Assembly (NCBI GenBank): GCA_030390025.1 | Contig: CM059433.1 | Coordinates: forward strand, 27,902,001-27,966,000 | Direction of reading: 5' to 3' | DNA from: Squalus acanthias | Taxonomy: Eukaryota | Length of the DNA: 64,000 nt | Shown: positions 55,201-63,185 of the stretch, piece after piece | How the letters are laid out: each line of letters starts with the position of its first letter | Numbering within the stretch: the stretch's first letter is position 1 | The notes under the pieces: generated by a model | Seen by the model: the letters and a program-made list of their open reading frames with translations, nothing else | What the model was told of the DNA's origin: nothing | The model's database searches: none | Program-made: the position numbers and the translations under genes

Positions 55201-58200
55201 AGATCTCTCAACCTGTGACAAAGTTTTACACTGTGGATTTACACCCGCTAGAATTTGGAGTGAGCTTCACTGAGCAAAGTTATACAAGATTCAGAAAGAA
55301 TGCACCCGTTCATTATGAAAAGTCAACAAGTGGCCATGATTGACAGCAAATTTGTAGAGCACAGATCCATCCAGCTCACCCAGTTGAGGAGAACAGGAAA
55401 CAGGGGTGTAACGGTTACCAGAGGGCTCACTGAGTCTGTCCAATGAGTAGTTGAGCCCCACAGACCAGGAAGGTACCACTGGGATTTCCTTCTCTATTAA
55501 GGTAGCTGATCTCAGCTGGAGCAGCGATTGGGGTGATACAATTGACCTCAGCACCTCTGGGTTAGGGGGAAGGGGAGCAAGATTGGCCAGGACCTCTTCT
55601 CCTTGACCCTAGCCAGTGACCTCTTCTGGAAGTTCAGGCAAGAAGAGGACATGAAGCTGCCACGTTGACTCCATCTGATACTCTCAGTTAATCGTCACAC
55701 AACAATCATCTCCTACAATACAGTGACTACACTTCAAAACTACTTCATTGGCTGTAAAGCACGTTGGGATGTCCTGAGGTTGTGAAAGGTGCTATATAAA
55801 GGCATGTCTTTCTCATGGTCAGTTGGCAGGGCGTTAAATGATCACCCAGCACTTGTAGAACCAACAAGGAGAGGATGGAGGGGAGAAAATAAAAGGCTTT
55901 AAAAAAAACCTATTCAACAATTTAAAACAAATACACAAAAAACAAGAAGTGACTTGTTGAAGTTGCCATTTCCCATTTTAATTTGAGATTAAAAGTGAAA
56001 TTCTAGGATTATTCCAGACGGTTATTTTACTGTGTTGCCTGCGAGATTCAAGCTCCTACCTTTGAACGAGTTGGTCTGCCTGATAATATTTTCCATCAAT
56101 AAGAATCTGGACATCAACAATCTGTTGGCGGATGAGGTTTTCAGACTCCAAGAGGTACCCTGCAACCTCCGTCTCATTCTGAAACTGAAGACCCGATTCC
56201 AACCGCTTAGCATCCTGAAACAAGTTGTAGGTTTTTAAAAGTAGAAACTCGGTTATACACAGCACGGCAGTGCCTTAAACCTTGAAAGAATTCAATATCG
56301 AACCGCCTGGTTGAAAGATCAAATCACGCAGGCTGATTTTACAGCACGTTACTTACGAGTTGCAGTGAATTTCGCGCCAGTATCAGTTTATCTTCACACG
56401 TCACGCTGTCACACTGAAGTCTGCAGGCGATTTGCTGCAGCATTTCAAGTCTACAGAGGGAGGTTTAAAAAAAAAATACAAGTGAAATTAAAACTCAAAA
56501 CACCGTGGGTTAATTTTGACTTTGGGCTATAGTGTAAAATGGACAATATCGATTCAGCCGCCCGTTATAAATCTCTCCCGACAGCGACTTCAATAGAAAT
56601 GAATATGGGGAGAGACGGGAAACTTGTGCGCAAAGTTAAAACGCTCAGTTATTCTGATTAAAACTCAGCTGGTCGTCATTCATTTACATGTCCCTTGCTT
56701 ATTTTACAGGCACGATGGGCCGAATGGCCCTCTTCTGTGCTGTATGATTCTATGACTTAGTGTGAGGAGCTGATTATTTAACATGACCTGGGAATGCTTG
56801 CACAGACAGAAAGCATTCGGCTCCCCACCACTGACATTCTCAGCTTCAATTAGCATAAAATGACACCAAAAATACAAAGTGGAAAAAAAAGTCAGCCTCC
56901 ACCACAAGTACAAAGAGATATCTGTTTCACCTCAACCTATAAACACAGTGCCGTTGAAAGTGCAGTTCCTTTCGCCAAAACCACCTTTAGAAAACATGAA
57001 GGTAGGGCCAAGAGCCCAGAAACAGAGGACTGCGAATAGGTACAAGTAAATATAAATTAAAGCACGCAGCAACTCCTTAACACAAAAGGAGGTCAATTGG
57101 CCCAGCGTGCCTGTGCCAGCTCTTTGCAAGAGCAATCCAATTAGTCCCACTCTCCTGTTCTTTCCCCATAGCCCTGCAAATTTTTACTTTTCAAGTATTT
57201 ATCCAATTCCCTTTTGAAAGTTACTGAATTTGCTTCCACCACCCTTTCAGGCAGTGCACTGGTAACCTTTAGAAGGCGAGGCGCGTTGCATCGGTGCTCA
57301 CTTTCAAAATACAGAACGTACCTGAAGCCATCCAAGTCGCTGCTGGAGGATGCCCAGGAGTTAACGAACGTTCTCTCTCCAGAGCTGCCGGGTGAGAAGC
57401 TCTCAACGGAGCTGGTGCTGCCGCTGGTGCTGTTGTACAGGGAAGGGGGGACGCTGCTGCAGAAGACTATCGCCTGGTCGTTTATTTTCAACATGACCGG
57501 CAACAACCCAGCTGTCAAACCCGAACACCCCTCCTTGCCACTGCCACCAAAGCAGCGAAAGGGCAGAGCAGTCTCTGCAGGTGTGCCGTGACCTCGCACT
57601 GAGCACTGCTCTCAGCAGCTAGCCCCACCAATACAAGTACAAATAAGACTTCACCCACAGACTAAATCAGCCCTTAATATTCTGATCAAACGGTGAGGAA
57701 TGTGCTGCTGGGCATGCATACCTGTTGTGTCGATTACTGTTTTATTAATACATCTGGGACACTCCTCCTTTTCACTGCCCTACCCAAAACCACAAAACAA
57801 GCATTTCTATTCAGTGAAACTTACTGAAGATTCCCTTTCAGCAATGAAAGAAAGATACGTTTTTAATATCGTGGCACTAAACCAGTCCGAAGGCACGCAG
57901 ATGAAATCTTTAAGTTGAACTTAAACTGTGAACTGTTTAACGGTTGATAGATGCTCTTGTATAAAATTGTCACTGCTCTGATCAAACTCATTCCACATGA
58001 AAATGCTTCACTGTCCAATACCTTGACTATGCTGCCTGTTCATTTTTGTAGCTTTATTGGTGCATTTTTAACAGAAATTCTTGCTTGCTGCTGCTGCTTA
58101 GTATCTTATCCTCAATAGTATGTTTAAATCTCTCGCGCTCTTTATCAAATAGTGAAGGGAACAATTTCCAGACCCACAGTGATCGAGTCAGCACCAGCCT

Positions 58201-61200
58201 TCCACCCACTAATTTAGTTATTTATTTTTTAGATTAAATGTCCTCCCCATGTCTCCTTAAAAACAAGTATTTATGTAGCACCTTTAACGTAGTAAAGCGT
58301 CCCAAGGGGCTTCACAGGAGCGTTATAAAACAAAATTTGACACCGAACCACATAAGGATATTAGGGCAGATGACTAAAAGCTTGGTCAAAGAGGTTTTAA
58401 GGAGTGTCTTAAAGGAGGAAAGAGAGGTAGAGAGGTTTAGGGAGGGAATTACAGAGCATAGGGCCTTAGCAGCTGAAGGCACGACTACCAATAGTGGAGT
58501 GATGAAAATCAGGGATGCTCAAGAGGCCAGAATTAGAGGAGCGCAGAGATCTCGGCGGGTTGTGGAACTGAGGAGATTACAGAGATAGGGAGGAGCAGAG
58601 ATAGACAGTGAATCTTGCTGGATTACTGTTCCCAGGTAGGGATCAGCTCGCCAATATCTCACCCAAGTGGCCAATCATCATATGCAAGTCTACACGGTGA
58701 AGGCTGTTGCACCATGGAAGGCATCACAGAGTCAGACAAGATTCTGACCCGACATTCTCTCTCTTACGCACACACATACGCACCTGCATGCACTTTCTTG
58801 CAGGACCAGCATCCAAAATGGGAACGGTGACTGGTTTCTCCCTTCCCTCGACCCTGTGTCACTCAGGTCAACTGCAGTATACCTGCTGTTCAATAGACTG
58901 AGACCACCTAACTCATAACACCCAAAGACCCAACCTACTGATTCTTTGGTCTCTGAGTCAGTACGACACAATGCAGTGCATTTACCCGCTGACTCATCAA
59001 GGGCGCTACAAAAAATACTCTAATTTTCAACACAGCACTTAATAAGAGGCTGAGAGGATAATGGGTGTCAACCGTGGCTCAGTCGTATGACTCTCACCTC
59101 AGTCAGAATGGTTTTGAGTTCAAGTCCCACTCCAGAGACTTGAGCATATAATCCAGGCCAACACTCCCAGTGCAGTACTGAGGGAGTGCTGCACTGTCGG
59201 AGGTGCCCTCTTTCAGATGAGTCCTTAAACCAAGGCATTTGGCTCATACTTCATTGGCTGTAAAGCGCTTTGGGACATCCTGAGGCTGTGAAAGGCGCTA
59301 TATAAATGCAAGTCTTTCCTTCTTCGGGAATAAAGTTTGTTGTTAACCATCAAAGCTGAAATAACTAATTAAAAGCAATTGAATCTCATTTAAAAATTTA
59401 AAGCCGAATTGCTGATACTATTTTCACTTGAGATTTGCTGCACAAAGGTAGCTTTCTGCGTTGAATTCTCTGCCAAGATTTTCAGCTTACCCTGCAATTT
59501 ATGAACTTGAATCTGCAACTAAATTTGTATTCCTGGCTTCAGTTCAAAATGAGAACAAATCCTTCTTCAGTATTTGATAAAGTCATTAATGTTGGAAAGA
59601 GCGCAAGAGATTTAAACGTTGTATTGAGGATAAGGTACTTAACAGTATCAAACAAGAATTTCTGTTACAAATGCACCAAGAAAGCTACAAAGATGAACAG
59701 GCAGCATATTCTGGACCAAAAGACATTTCCAGGTGAATGAGTTTGATCAGAGAGTATCCTTAACTGTTAAACTATTAACAATTCAAGTTCAACTTGAAAG
59801 ATTTTACCTGCATGGCTTCAGACCTGTTGAGTGGACACAGGAATTCCAACAAGCACTGGTGAATCACACCACTGAACATTTACAGCAATTATATTTGTAA
59901 CAATTTAAGGGAGAAATGGTGCATGATTCTTCAGAGCTATCTTGTTGTACAATCTTAATCAAAACCTCAGTAGCCACTTCCTACTATCCAGTTGTTGTTA
60001 TTGCCATTAACAAGCCAAACTTCAAGACCCGATTCCAAGGAAAGAGGAATCAATTTGTTATGAAGATCAATCATTAAGCATATCGAATCCCCCAACATTC
60101 TACAGCACAAAATGATAGGATGTCCACTTAAAAACTGATTCCAGCACATGCCGAGATGCCAATCTCAGGCCTGCCGTTGTCATTGCGTGCCTAATGGAGG
60201 CCAGGGCAGAAATCGGATTTAATTCAATTGACAGCCAATGCCCAATTACACAAAAATCAGGCTGTTGAATCAACACAAACCCTACTTTCACTAACCTTTC
60301 CACTTCTGGCCGTAAACTCTTTTCCCTTTCTAACATTGCAATGATTAATTTTCCCCATTCCTTTTCCACATCATTTGGATGATAGCCTTGAGGAAGTTTA
60401 ATACGACCAAATTCGATCCACACCTGGAAAACAACAGTGGTTGAAGATAAAATACAGATCTCTTATTTTCTGAACAAGTTTCTAAAGCAGGCCAAATCCA
60501 AGGAAGTGATGCAGACACTATGAGGCACTGAGTGCGTGTGCGCACGTATGGAGTACTCGGCCCAAGTCTGGTCACTTCATTGACAAAAAGTAAAAGGACC
60601 GATTAACTGGAAATGGTTTAAAGGAAGGCATCAACTCCGGTACTCAAGTCCAATGAGGTATGGCGGAAAGAACAGCATTTGAAACTGCTCAATCGCAAAT
60701 GAAAATGGAGAAAGACTTGTGAACAACGGGAAAAGGAATCCTGTGCCAGGGTTAGAAAGATATTACCTAAAATAACACAACAAATGGAAAGTGCAGGGGT
60801 GAGAACTGTCCATATAAATTCATGATTCCATTTCCTTCTCTAAGAGCGGATGAGTGCGCCACGAAGAGTTAACAGATGGAGTATTTTAACTACAAAAAGG
60901 AAAGCAATGGATAGATTCCATATTCAATAGGCATAACAGAGAAATAAAGGCTCATTCACCAAACATCAAGGGAAATGAAACTACAGACTGAAAGGGGATC
61001 TAAACAATCATGCAAGTTGGATAGGCTGAATGGTCTTTTCACAGTCTGCTTTCTTTGGCACGCTCATCTGTGAAGTCATTGTTTTCAAATTTCTATTTTA
61101 AATATGTTGTCATGGGTGATATAACATGTTCGGAGCACCAACACTCAAGGACAAAGGATGGCAAAGGACTACAAGACATTTTCCTGGGTCAAAATCCTGG

Positions 61201-63185
61201 AACTCCCTACCCAACAGCACTGTGGGAGCACCTTCACCACACGGACTGCAGCGGCTCAAGAAGGGGGCTCACCACCACCTTCTCAAGGGCTGCTAGTGCT
61301 GGGCAATAAATGCTGGCCTTGCCAGTGACACCCACATTCCCAGAATGGATTTTTTTTTTAAAGAAAATTGGCCCATCAAGCTCACTGCTGCAGAAGAGCA
61401 AACCACAGCACAGCAAACTGACTGAAGGTAGAATCATTTCCGCCCCACAAAATCATCTTGCTCTGCTCCAAATCACAACCTCATCTCTGAGGGGAGGGAC
61501 AGGGAAACTAGGATCCAGTCGCCAATTATGCCCAGTGACGAGCAGGGGGTCTGGAAACAAGTCATCTTCTCAGCTGTGTGTGATAAATGACATGGGGAGA
61601 CCAACAGAGGGGACAAATTGGGACTCAATACACTTTCTTTTAAAAATTGTAGAAATGTACAGGTCATGGCCAGTAATGAAACGTTCTAAATATTTCCAAT
61701 TACCAAGCTTAGCACACGTCATAAGTAACTCTAATGCAGTCAGCCTCATTTGTGGGCATATTTGTCCAACATTGCTGTTGACTATAACATATTTACATAA
61801 AATTTACAGCACAGAAACAGGCCAATCAGCCCAAATGGTCCATGCCAGTGTTTCTGCTCCACACGAGCCTCCGCCCATCCTCCTTCTTCTAACCCTATCT
61901 GCATATCCTTCTATTCCTTTCTCCCTCATGTGTTTATCTAGTTTCACCTTAATTACCTCTATGCTATTCACCTCAATGACTCCTTGTGGTAGCGAGTTCC
62001 ACATTCTCACCACTCTGGGTAAAGAAGTTTCTCCTGAATTCCCTACAGGCTATATTAGTGACTATCTATCTCTCTCTCTCTACGTCTGCCCTATCAAACC
62101 CTTTCATTATCTAAAAGACCTCTGTCAGGTTACCCCTCAGCCTTCTCTTTTCTAAAGAAAAGAGCCCCAATCTGTTCAGTCTTTTCCGATAGGTATAACC
62201 TGCTCTGTATTGTCACATTCAGCAACATGTTTTGCCAATCGCTCTCTCTTTTATTCTCTCTCTCTCTCACACACAGTGTTAAACCATCAGGTGGTGAAGG
62301 TAGATATAAAGACAATAATTTAAAAAAATTATCACAGAGGTTCTCTAGTGAGGGAGAGGAAGAAAGAAAAAGAACATAACATATTCAATGAGAGGTCAAC
62401 CTCATTTTAAAATCAATTCTCTTTTTTTTTTAAATGGGTCATGAATTTTCACTCCCCTTTCAGTCTTGCAGTGCTAACTACAGGTAAAGCAGATAAGTAA
62501 TCCAAGTGCGTGACAAGTAACTAAACTGAGGCACACTTACCTCCAACAATTTATACAGCTGCTTTATTTTAGCTTTGTCCTTCTCTTTAGGTGGGATTTC
62601 TGTGTCTTTGAACTGTATGTACTGGTTATAAAGTGCCTGTCGAAAGTAACAATCGACAAGTTAGAAGTTGTCCAACTGTCCCTCAGAAGAAATTTCAAAA
62701 ACAACTGACAAAAGTGCTTGGAAATTAAGTCCGATCATTTCAGATTTCTAGCATCCGCAGTATTTTGCTTTTGTTTTCGGGAACCGAGTCCTTTCATTCT
62801 GCAGCACCTTACCTTAAGTTCTGCAGGATTGTTCGAATAGCTCCGATCGGACATAACGGTCACATGATGCTTGATCCATTGGATGAGGTAGTTCACCATA
62901 TTCTGGTATTCTATCCACTTGACATCGACATCCTAGCAGAAGCCCAAACAAATTTAAAAAAGGTCATTTCAATTCAAAAACCCAATGCATCGTCTTCCAA
63001 ATCAAACATGTGTGTTGACTTTTTAAAGGAGGAAATGGATCGCCATTCGCTGAGTAGTGATACATTACAGTGCCTTACATTTGCATTGACGCCTTCACCG
63101 CCTTCGGGGACTTTGGGAAAGACATCATACAGCGACGACACATAAGTGATCACAGACTTCTCATCGGGGGATGCAACGTTAACAT
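1125..63185 (-). CDS. DST: Dystonin / BPAG1 (spectraplakin), internal part of a multi-exon gene: end of CH2 domain, plakin domain with SH3, BP230-specific exons, and the first downstream exon of the long isoforms. The gene extends beyond both window ends.
   Basis: Spliced translation closely follows recalled human DST (e.g. [46 protein letters not shown]...[37 protein letters not shown]). It carries the DST-type SLTP-rich insert rather than the MACF1 sequence. All junctions are GT-AG with matching phases. Confidence 0.96.
3140..3345. mobile_element. Penelope-like element terminus arranged as an 85-bp inverted repeat
   Basis: Arms 3174-3258 and 3261-3345, one mismatch, 2-nt spacer; carries a CTGACGA…GAAA core. 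Confidence 0.75.
3227..3263 (-). ncRNA. Minimal type I hammerhead ribozyme motif
   Basis: Minus strand reads TCAC-CTGACGA-A-GGAGC-AGC-GCTCC-GAAA-GC-TT-GTGA: stem I TCAC/GTGA, stem II GGAGC/GCTCC, palindromic AGCT stem III. Confidence 0.6.
6026..8360 (-). mobile_element. 5'-truncated CR1 LINE (ORF2 RT region, frameshifted) with 3' tail
   Basis: [37 protein letters not shown] motifs; (ttcttatg)-type tail. Confidence 0.92.
8463..10568 (-). CDS. DST: BPAG1e/BP230 terminal exon with two plakin repeat domains (B and C type) and linker; intermediate-filament-binding tail; ends at TAA
   Basis: ttttcacag|ATG acceptor; motifs [90 protein letters not shown] match the recalled BP230 C-terminus. Confidence 0.93.
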   Translation of the reverse strand: MAKVELSKSRGAMGKAFQDRETVSIGNERLKDNSKHLEAEQKDLEPSENVQDALASCSGQREWHKHEGDFVAARLSKMSIFSRTEVFSQNAPAKLHSETSEKLPVHPNQKNNATFPVQVADKYHTSSNQNILSKAQDEIFPSTKTLEFQGLRHQVTVKELVEAELLNKNVAEQLEKGIETVSQVQKSLGKYLNKVNSIAGLYLESSKQKMSFYEAAKEGIIGTSVALEFLEAQAATGYIVNALSSEKYSVQEAIEKGIVAPEFKESLLQAEKGVTGYFHYGKTLSVFQAMERKLLARQTGRRLLEVQIATGGIVDPVRSVRLPLETACKQGLLSCDTIQNLYKVLGNVKGFQNPNNTGQAMHYAELMKLCVVDLEGNYLLLPFGTRKISTPSPTRPNTISVVDTSTKSEITLYDAFLKYYIEKQTYLELSALQSQWRETIDESQGITQYFLTDSNSGRQFNIDDALTQGNISQTDLNRYRDGRITVTELADMLTSRTTVATDPNSPIAGIWDPNGCRRISVLKAMRQNLVERLTATRLLEAQACTGGITDPATGKKFSISEALQKDLIDTEIAASIQKSQQAYRGFLQSGTRATLSTAEALRRNLLGRDLGHRFLELQYLTGGLVDPNLYGRISLEDALRRSLISEQTAQRLRDEKMHTRNLVCPKTKQKISYKEALARAVFDCHTGLRLLEAAEQPNAVI
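11275..11590 (+). mobile_element. CR1 LINE 3' fragment
   Basis: [20 protein letters not shown] segment plus ggccgaatggcctgtttctgtgctgt tail. Confidence 0.85.
12225..13090. repeat. 30-bp minisatellite, about 29 copies, consensus cacagaccctccccaacacagcccatcatt
   Basis: Visible 30-nt periodicity; variants cacatcctt, gctgaccctt and ccga; one extra C near 12490. Confidence 0.97.
13679..13972 (-). mobile_element. Chimeric retroelement: HE1 SINE internal fragment fused to a CR1 3' tail
   Basis: 13820-13972 is the reverse complement of 552-655 with a ~45-bp internal duplication; 13679-13808 matches the CR1 tail at ~42978-43090. Confidence 0.8.
14990..17431 (-). CDS. DST: BPAG1e/BP230-specific coiled-coil rod exon (814 codons), [20 protein letters not shown]...[10 protein letters not shown]
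   Basis: atttgtag acceptor, GAG|gtacat donor, phase 0/0; heptad-rich E/K/L/Q composition; both ends resemble the recalled human BP230 rod exon. Confidence 0.88.
17860..18045 (-). mobile_element. Non-LTR retroelement 3' fragment (same family as 61185-61350, plus strand)
   Basis: Shared caccacacggactgcagcggttcaagaag…caccaccttctcaaggg…gggcaataaatgctggcc sequence. Confidence 0.75.
19011..21827 (-). CDS. Candidate large alternative DST exon, 939 codons, acidic and low-complexity with no recognisable domain
   Basis: 2.8-kb stop-free frame on the DST strand. Possible acceptor gcttag|AGT at 21827 (weak pyrimidine tract; alternative cag|GAC at 21806). Donor GAG|gtatac at 19011. Both ends phase 0, matching the flanking exons. 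Confidence 0.6.
22416..22448. repeat. Interrupted (CA)n microsatellite; a (TG)n tract also lies at ~35135-35172
   Basis: Direct reading. Confidence 0.85.
24301..24399 (-). CDS. DST: DST last plakin-domain exon [33 protein letters not shown]; branch point for alternative 3' exons
   Basis: ctgtag/gtaaga, 99 nt, phase 0/0. Confidence 0.95.
24820..26230 (-). mobile_element. 5'-truncated CR1 LINE (RT region and tail)
   Basis: 280-aa RT-like ORF 25238-26080, C-terminal ORF 24971-25234, CR1 tail. Confidence 0.92.
26421..26552. repeat. Degenerate ~36-bp AT-rich tandem repeat, 3-4 copies
   Basis: tatatgtgtaa(c/t)tattatt(c/a)gtaatagttatcactg repeated. Confidence 0.75.
26878..27270 (-). mobile_element. 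CR1 3' fragment. Related copies at ~4150-4380, 4975-5300, 28970-29310, 57080-57258 and 63355-63740 (all minus).
   Basis: RRLRGDL…[20 protein letters not shown] translation and shared tail. Confidence 0.85.
27318..27425 (-). CDS. DST: DST exon [36 protein letters not shown] (contains PVKRRR basic NLS-type motif)
   Basis: cacag/gtggca, 108 nt, phase 0/0. Confidence 0.95.
27465..27930 (+). mobile_element. Penelope-like element terminal fragment
   Basis: aaagcaaagtaccatggatgctggaaatctgaaat start and ctgacgaaaggtcatcgacctgaaacgttaact…cacagatgctgcctgacctg end; related remnant at ~62738-62776. Confidence 0.7.
27834..27870 (+). ncRNA. Minimal type I hammerhead ribozyme motif
   Basis: AGTT-CTGACGA-A-AGGTC-ATC-GACCT-GAAA-CG-TT-AACT: stem I AGTT/AACT, stem II AGGTC/GACCT, palindromic ACGT stem III. 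Confidence 0.6.
28220..28790 (-). mobile_element. CR1 3' fragment; same subfamily as 51320-51940 (plus)
   Basis: [18 protein letters not shown]…LGLYSLE translation and tail. Confidence 0.85.
29372..29455 (-). CDS. DST: DST exon [28 protein letters not shown]
   Basis: ttgcag/gtaagg, 84 nt, phase 0/0. Confidence 0.94.
29793..29882. mobile_element. Very short MITE-like remnant with 16-bp terminal inverted repeats
   Basis: gggccagagtttgctg … cagcaaattctggccc (one mismatch). Confidence 0.55.
30023..30185 (-). CDS. DST: DST exon [54 protein letters not shown]
   Basis: ctttcag/gtagcc, 163 nt, phase 2/0. Confidence 0.93.
30321..30684. mobile_element. Tc1/mariner (pogo/Tigger-like) MITE
   Basis: 26-bp TIRs caggaaactctttattaacc(a/g)gcacc, TA on both sides (30319-20, 30685-86), repeated gccggttaa sub-terminal motifs, no transposase ORF. 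Confidence 0.85.
30868..31300 (+). mobile_element. tRNA-derived Deu-domain SINE (SacSINE1-like) with L2-type tail. Other copies: 23490-23710 (+), 28095-28220 (+), 32540-32910 (+), 38700-39150 (+, diverged), 39550-39845 (-), 50285-50720 (+), 54512-54775 (-), 59065-59320 (+).
   Basis: ggttcaagtcccactcc B box, aaagatcccatggcactattt…ccggtgtcctggccaatatt…aaattggctgc…tacattacaacagtgactacacttcaaa core, aggcgctatataaatgcaagt tail. Confidence 0.82.
31514..31707 (-). CDS. DST: DST exon [64 protein letters not shown](R)
   Basis: ctcaacag/gtctgt, 194 nt, phase 0/2. Confidence 0.94.
31760..32130 (+). mobile_element. CR1 3' fragment. Same subfamily in minus orientation at 36470-36690, 45700-46135, 47395-47700, 52100-52530 and 61795-62200.
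   Basis: [22 protein letters not shown]…[11 protein letters not shown] translation. Confidence 0.85.
32184..32322 (-). CDS. DST: DST exon [46 protein letters not shown]
   Basis: ctacag/gtaatg, 139 nt, phase 2/0. Confidence 0.95.
34007..34182 (-). CDS. DST: DST exon [58 protein letters not shown](K)
   Basis: ctcaccag/gtaagg, 176 nt, phase 0/2. Confidence 0.94.
34215..34565 (+). mobile_element. SINE-like element sharing its 3' tail with the 61185-61350 LINE fragment
   Basis: Degenerate B box gagtccaaatccc; 3' gggcaactaaggatgggcaataaatg…cacatcccaagaat. Confidence 0.6.
34712..34869 (-). CDS. DST: DST exon (E)[52 protein letters not shown]
   Basis: accag/gtcagt, 158 nt, phase 1/0. Confidence 0.94.
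35661..35800. repeat. Imperfect palindrome / hairpin MITE remnant
   Basis: tgtaacttcagcagaaaccccg pairs with cggggtttccgccgatgttaca; outer tggaatttccatg pairs with cgtggaatttcta. Confidence 0.6.
36187..36370 (-). CDS. DST: DST exon [61 protein letters not shown]
   Basis: gcacag/gtaact, 184 nt, phase 0/1. Confidence 0.95.
36978..37590 (-). mobile_element. L2 LINE fragment with internal deletions. Related 3' ends at 43810-44210 and 58265-58590 (minus).
   Basis: [18 protein letters not shown]…[11 protein letters not shown] motif; aggcgctatataaatacaagttgttgttg tail. Confidence 0.85.
38413..38539 (-). CDS. DST: DST exon [42 protein letters not shown]
   Basis: ccttctcag/gtaagt, 127 nt, phase 2/0. 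Confidence 0.95.
40800..43090 (+). mobile_element. Young 5'-truncated CR1 LINE; ORF2 nearly intact (one TGA at 41991-41993, frameshift near 42735)
   Basis: DHNMIEF endonuclease end, [31 protein letters not shown]; (ttctatga)n tail. Confidence 0.95.
43563..43717 (-). CDS. DST: DST exon [51 protein letters not shown](R) (SH3)
   Basis: acag/gtaatg, 155 nt, phase 0/2. Confidence 0.95.
47735..47887 (-). CDS. DST: DST exon [51 protein letters not shown] (start of SH3)
   Basis: ttttag/gttgga, 153 nt, phase 0/0. Confidence 0.94.
49199..49324 (-). CDS. DST: DST exon [42 protein letters not shown]
   Basis: ctctag/gtaaaa, 126 nt, phase 0/0. Confidence 0.95.
49421..49516 (-). CDS. DST: DST exon [32 protein letters not shown]
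   Basis: ttccccag/gtacgt, 96 nt, phase 0/0. Confidence 0.95.
49527..49890 (-). mobile_element. CR1 3' fragment directly abutting a DST splice acceptor
   Basis: [19 protein letters not shown] translation; (ttcttatg)n tail ends about 10 nt before the AG at 49517-49518. Confidence 0.88.
50040..50144 (-). CDS. DST: DST exon [35 protein letters not shown]
   Basis: acag/gtaagt, 105 nt, phase 0/0. Confidence 0.95.
50822..50983 (-). CDS. DST: DST exon [54 protein letters not shown]
   Basis: ag/gtacgt, 162 nt, phase 0/0. Confidence 0.95.
51093..51170 (-). CDS. DST: DST exon [26 protein letters not shown]
   Basis: aatag/gtgaga, 78 nt, phase 0/0; aligns to recalled human IQMTAPLKLTYAEKLHRLESQYAKLL. 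Confidence 0.9.
53006..53134 (-). CDS. DST: DST exon [43 protein letters not shown]
   Basis: aag/gtaact, 129 nt, phase 0/0. Confidence 0.94.
53771..54230 (-). CDS. DST: DST exon [15 protein letters not shown]...(SLTP-rich insert)...[13 protein letters not shown]
   Basis: tctgcag/gtaaat, 460 nt, phase 2/0; contains the Ser/Thr/Pro insert typical of DST. Confidence 0.95.
56060..56214 (-). CDS. DST: DST exon [51 protein letters not shown](R)
   Basis: tttcag/gtagga, 155 nt, phase 0/2. Confidence 0.95.
56357..56450 (-). CDS. DST: DST exon [31 protein letters not shown]
   Basis: ctctgtag/gtaagt, 94 nt, phase 2/0; not in the ORF track, read by hand. Confidence 0.93.
57322..57494 (-). CDS. DST: Alternative first coding exon of the epithelial isoform BPAG1e/BP230: [57 protein letters not shown](R)
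   Basis: ATG at 57494; Ser-rich peptide ends DLDGFR, like the recalled human BP230 N-terminus (…ESFDGHR). Phase-2 AG|gtacgt donor fits the LEMLQQ exon at 56450, the exon that human BP230 exon 1 joins. Confidence 0.85.
57600..57730 (-). promoter_or_regulatory. Putative internal promoter of the BP230 isoform
   Basis: Position directly upstream of the private first exon; TATA-like ATATTAAG (57673-57680, minus), GGAATG TEAD-type motif (~57696-57702) and a p53/p63-type half-site GGGCATGCAT (57710-57719). Short motifs, so weak evidence on their own. Confidence 0.4.
57871..59838. repeat. Old long inverted repeat; arms 57871-58160 and 59561-59838
   Basis: For example atgctgcctgttcatttttgtagctttattggtgcatttttaacagaaattcttg (58029) versus the reverse complement read from 59707 downward, atgctgcctgttcatctttgtagctttcttggtgcatttgtaacagaaattcttg. 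Confidence 0.85.
60296..60423 (-). CDS. DST: DST exon [42 protein letters not shown](R)
   Basis: ttccag/gttagt, 128 nt, phase 0/2. Confidence 0.95.
62541..62636 (-). CDS. DST: DST exon [32 protein letters not shown]
   Basis: acag/gtaagt, 96 nt, phase 0/0. Confidence 0.95.
62813..62932 (-). CDS. DST: DST exon [40 protein letters not shown]
   Basis: ag/gtaagg boundaries, 120 nt, phase 0/0. Confidence 0.95.
63079..63185 (-). CDS. DST: DST exon, end of CH2 domain: (D)[35 protein letters not shown]
   Basis: ctctccttag acceptor, gtaagg donor, 107 nt, phase 1/0. Confidence 0.95.

Noticed and set aside
57710..57727. Full p63 response element
   Set aside because: Only one good half-site; the second core is spaced 4 nt rather than the canonical 6 nt.
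59491..59707. Extra DST exon suggested by an AGG|gtaagc donor at 59491
   Set aside because: No DST homology was found, the neighbouring exons already join correctly, and the region is one arm of the inverted repeat.
61310..62155. 281-aa plus-strand ORF
   Set aside because: A chance fusion of retroelement fragments and intronic sequence; its C-terminus is antisense CR1.
1125..63185. Assignment to MACF1, plectin, desmoplakin or epiplakin
   Set aside because: Diagnostic residues ([18 protein letters not shown] insert, [13 protein letters not shown]) and the BP230 exon layout match DST.
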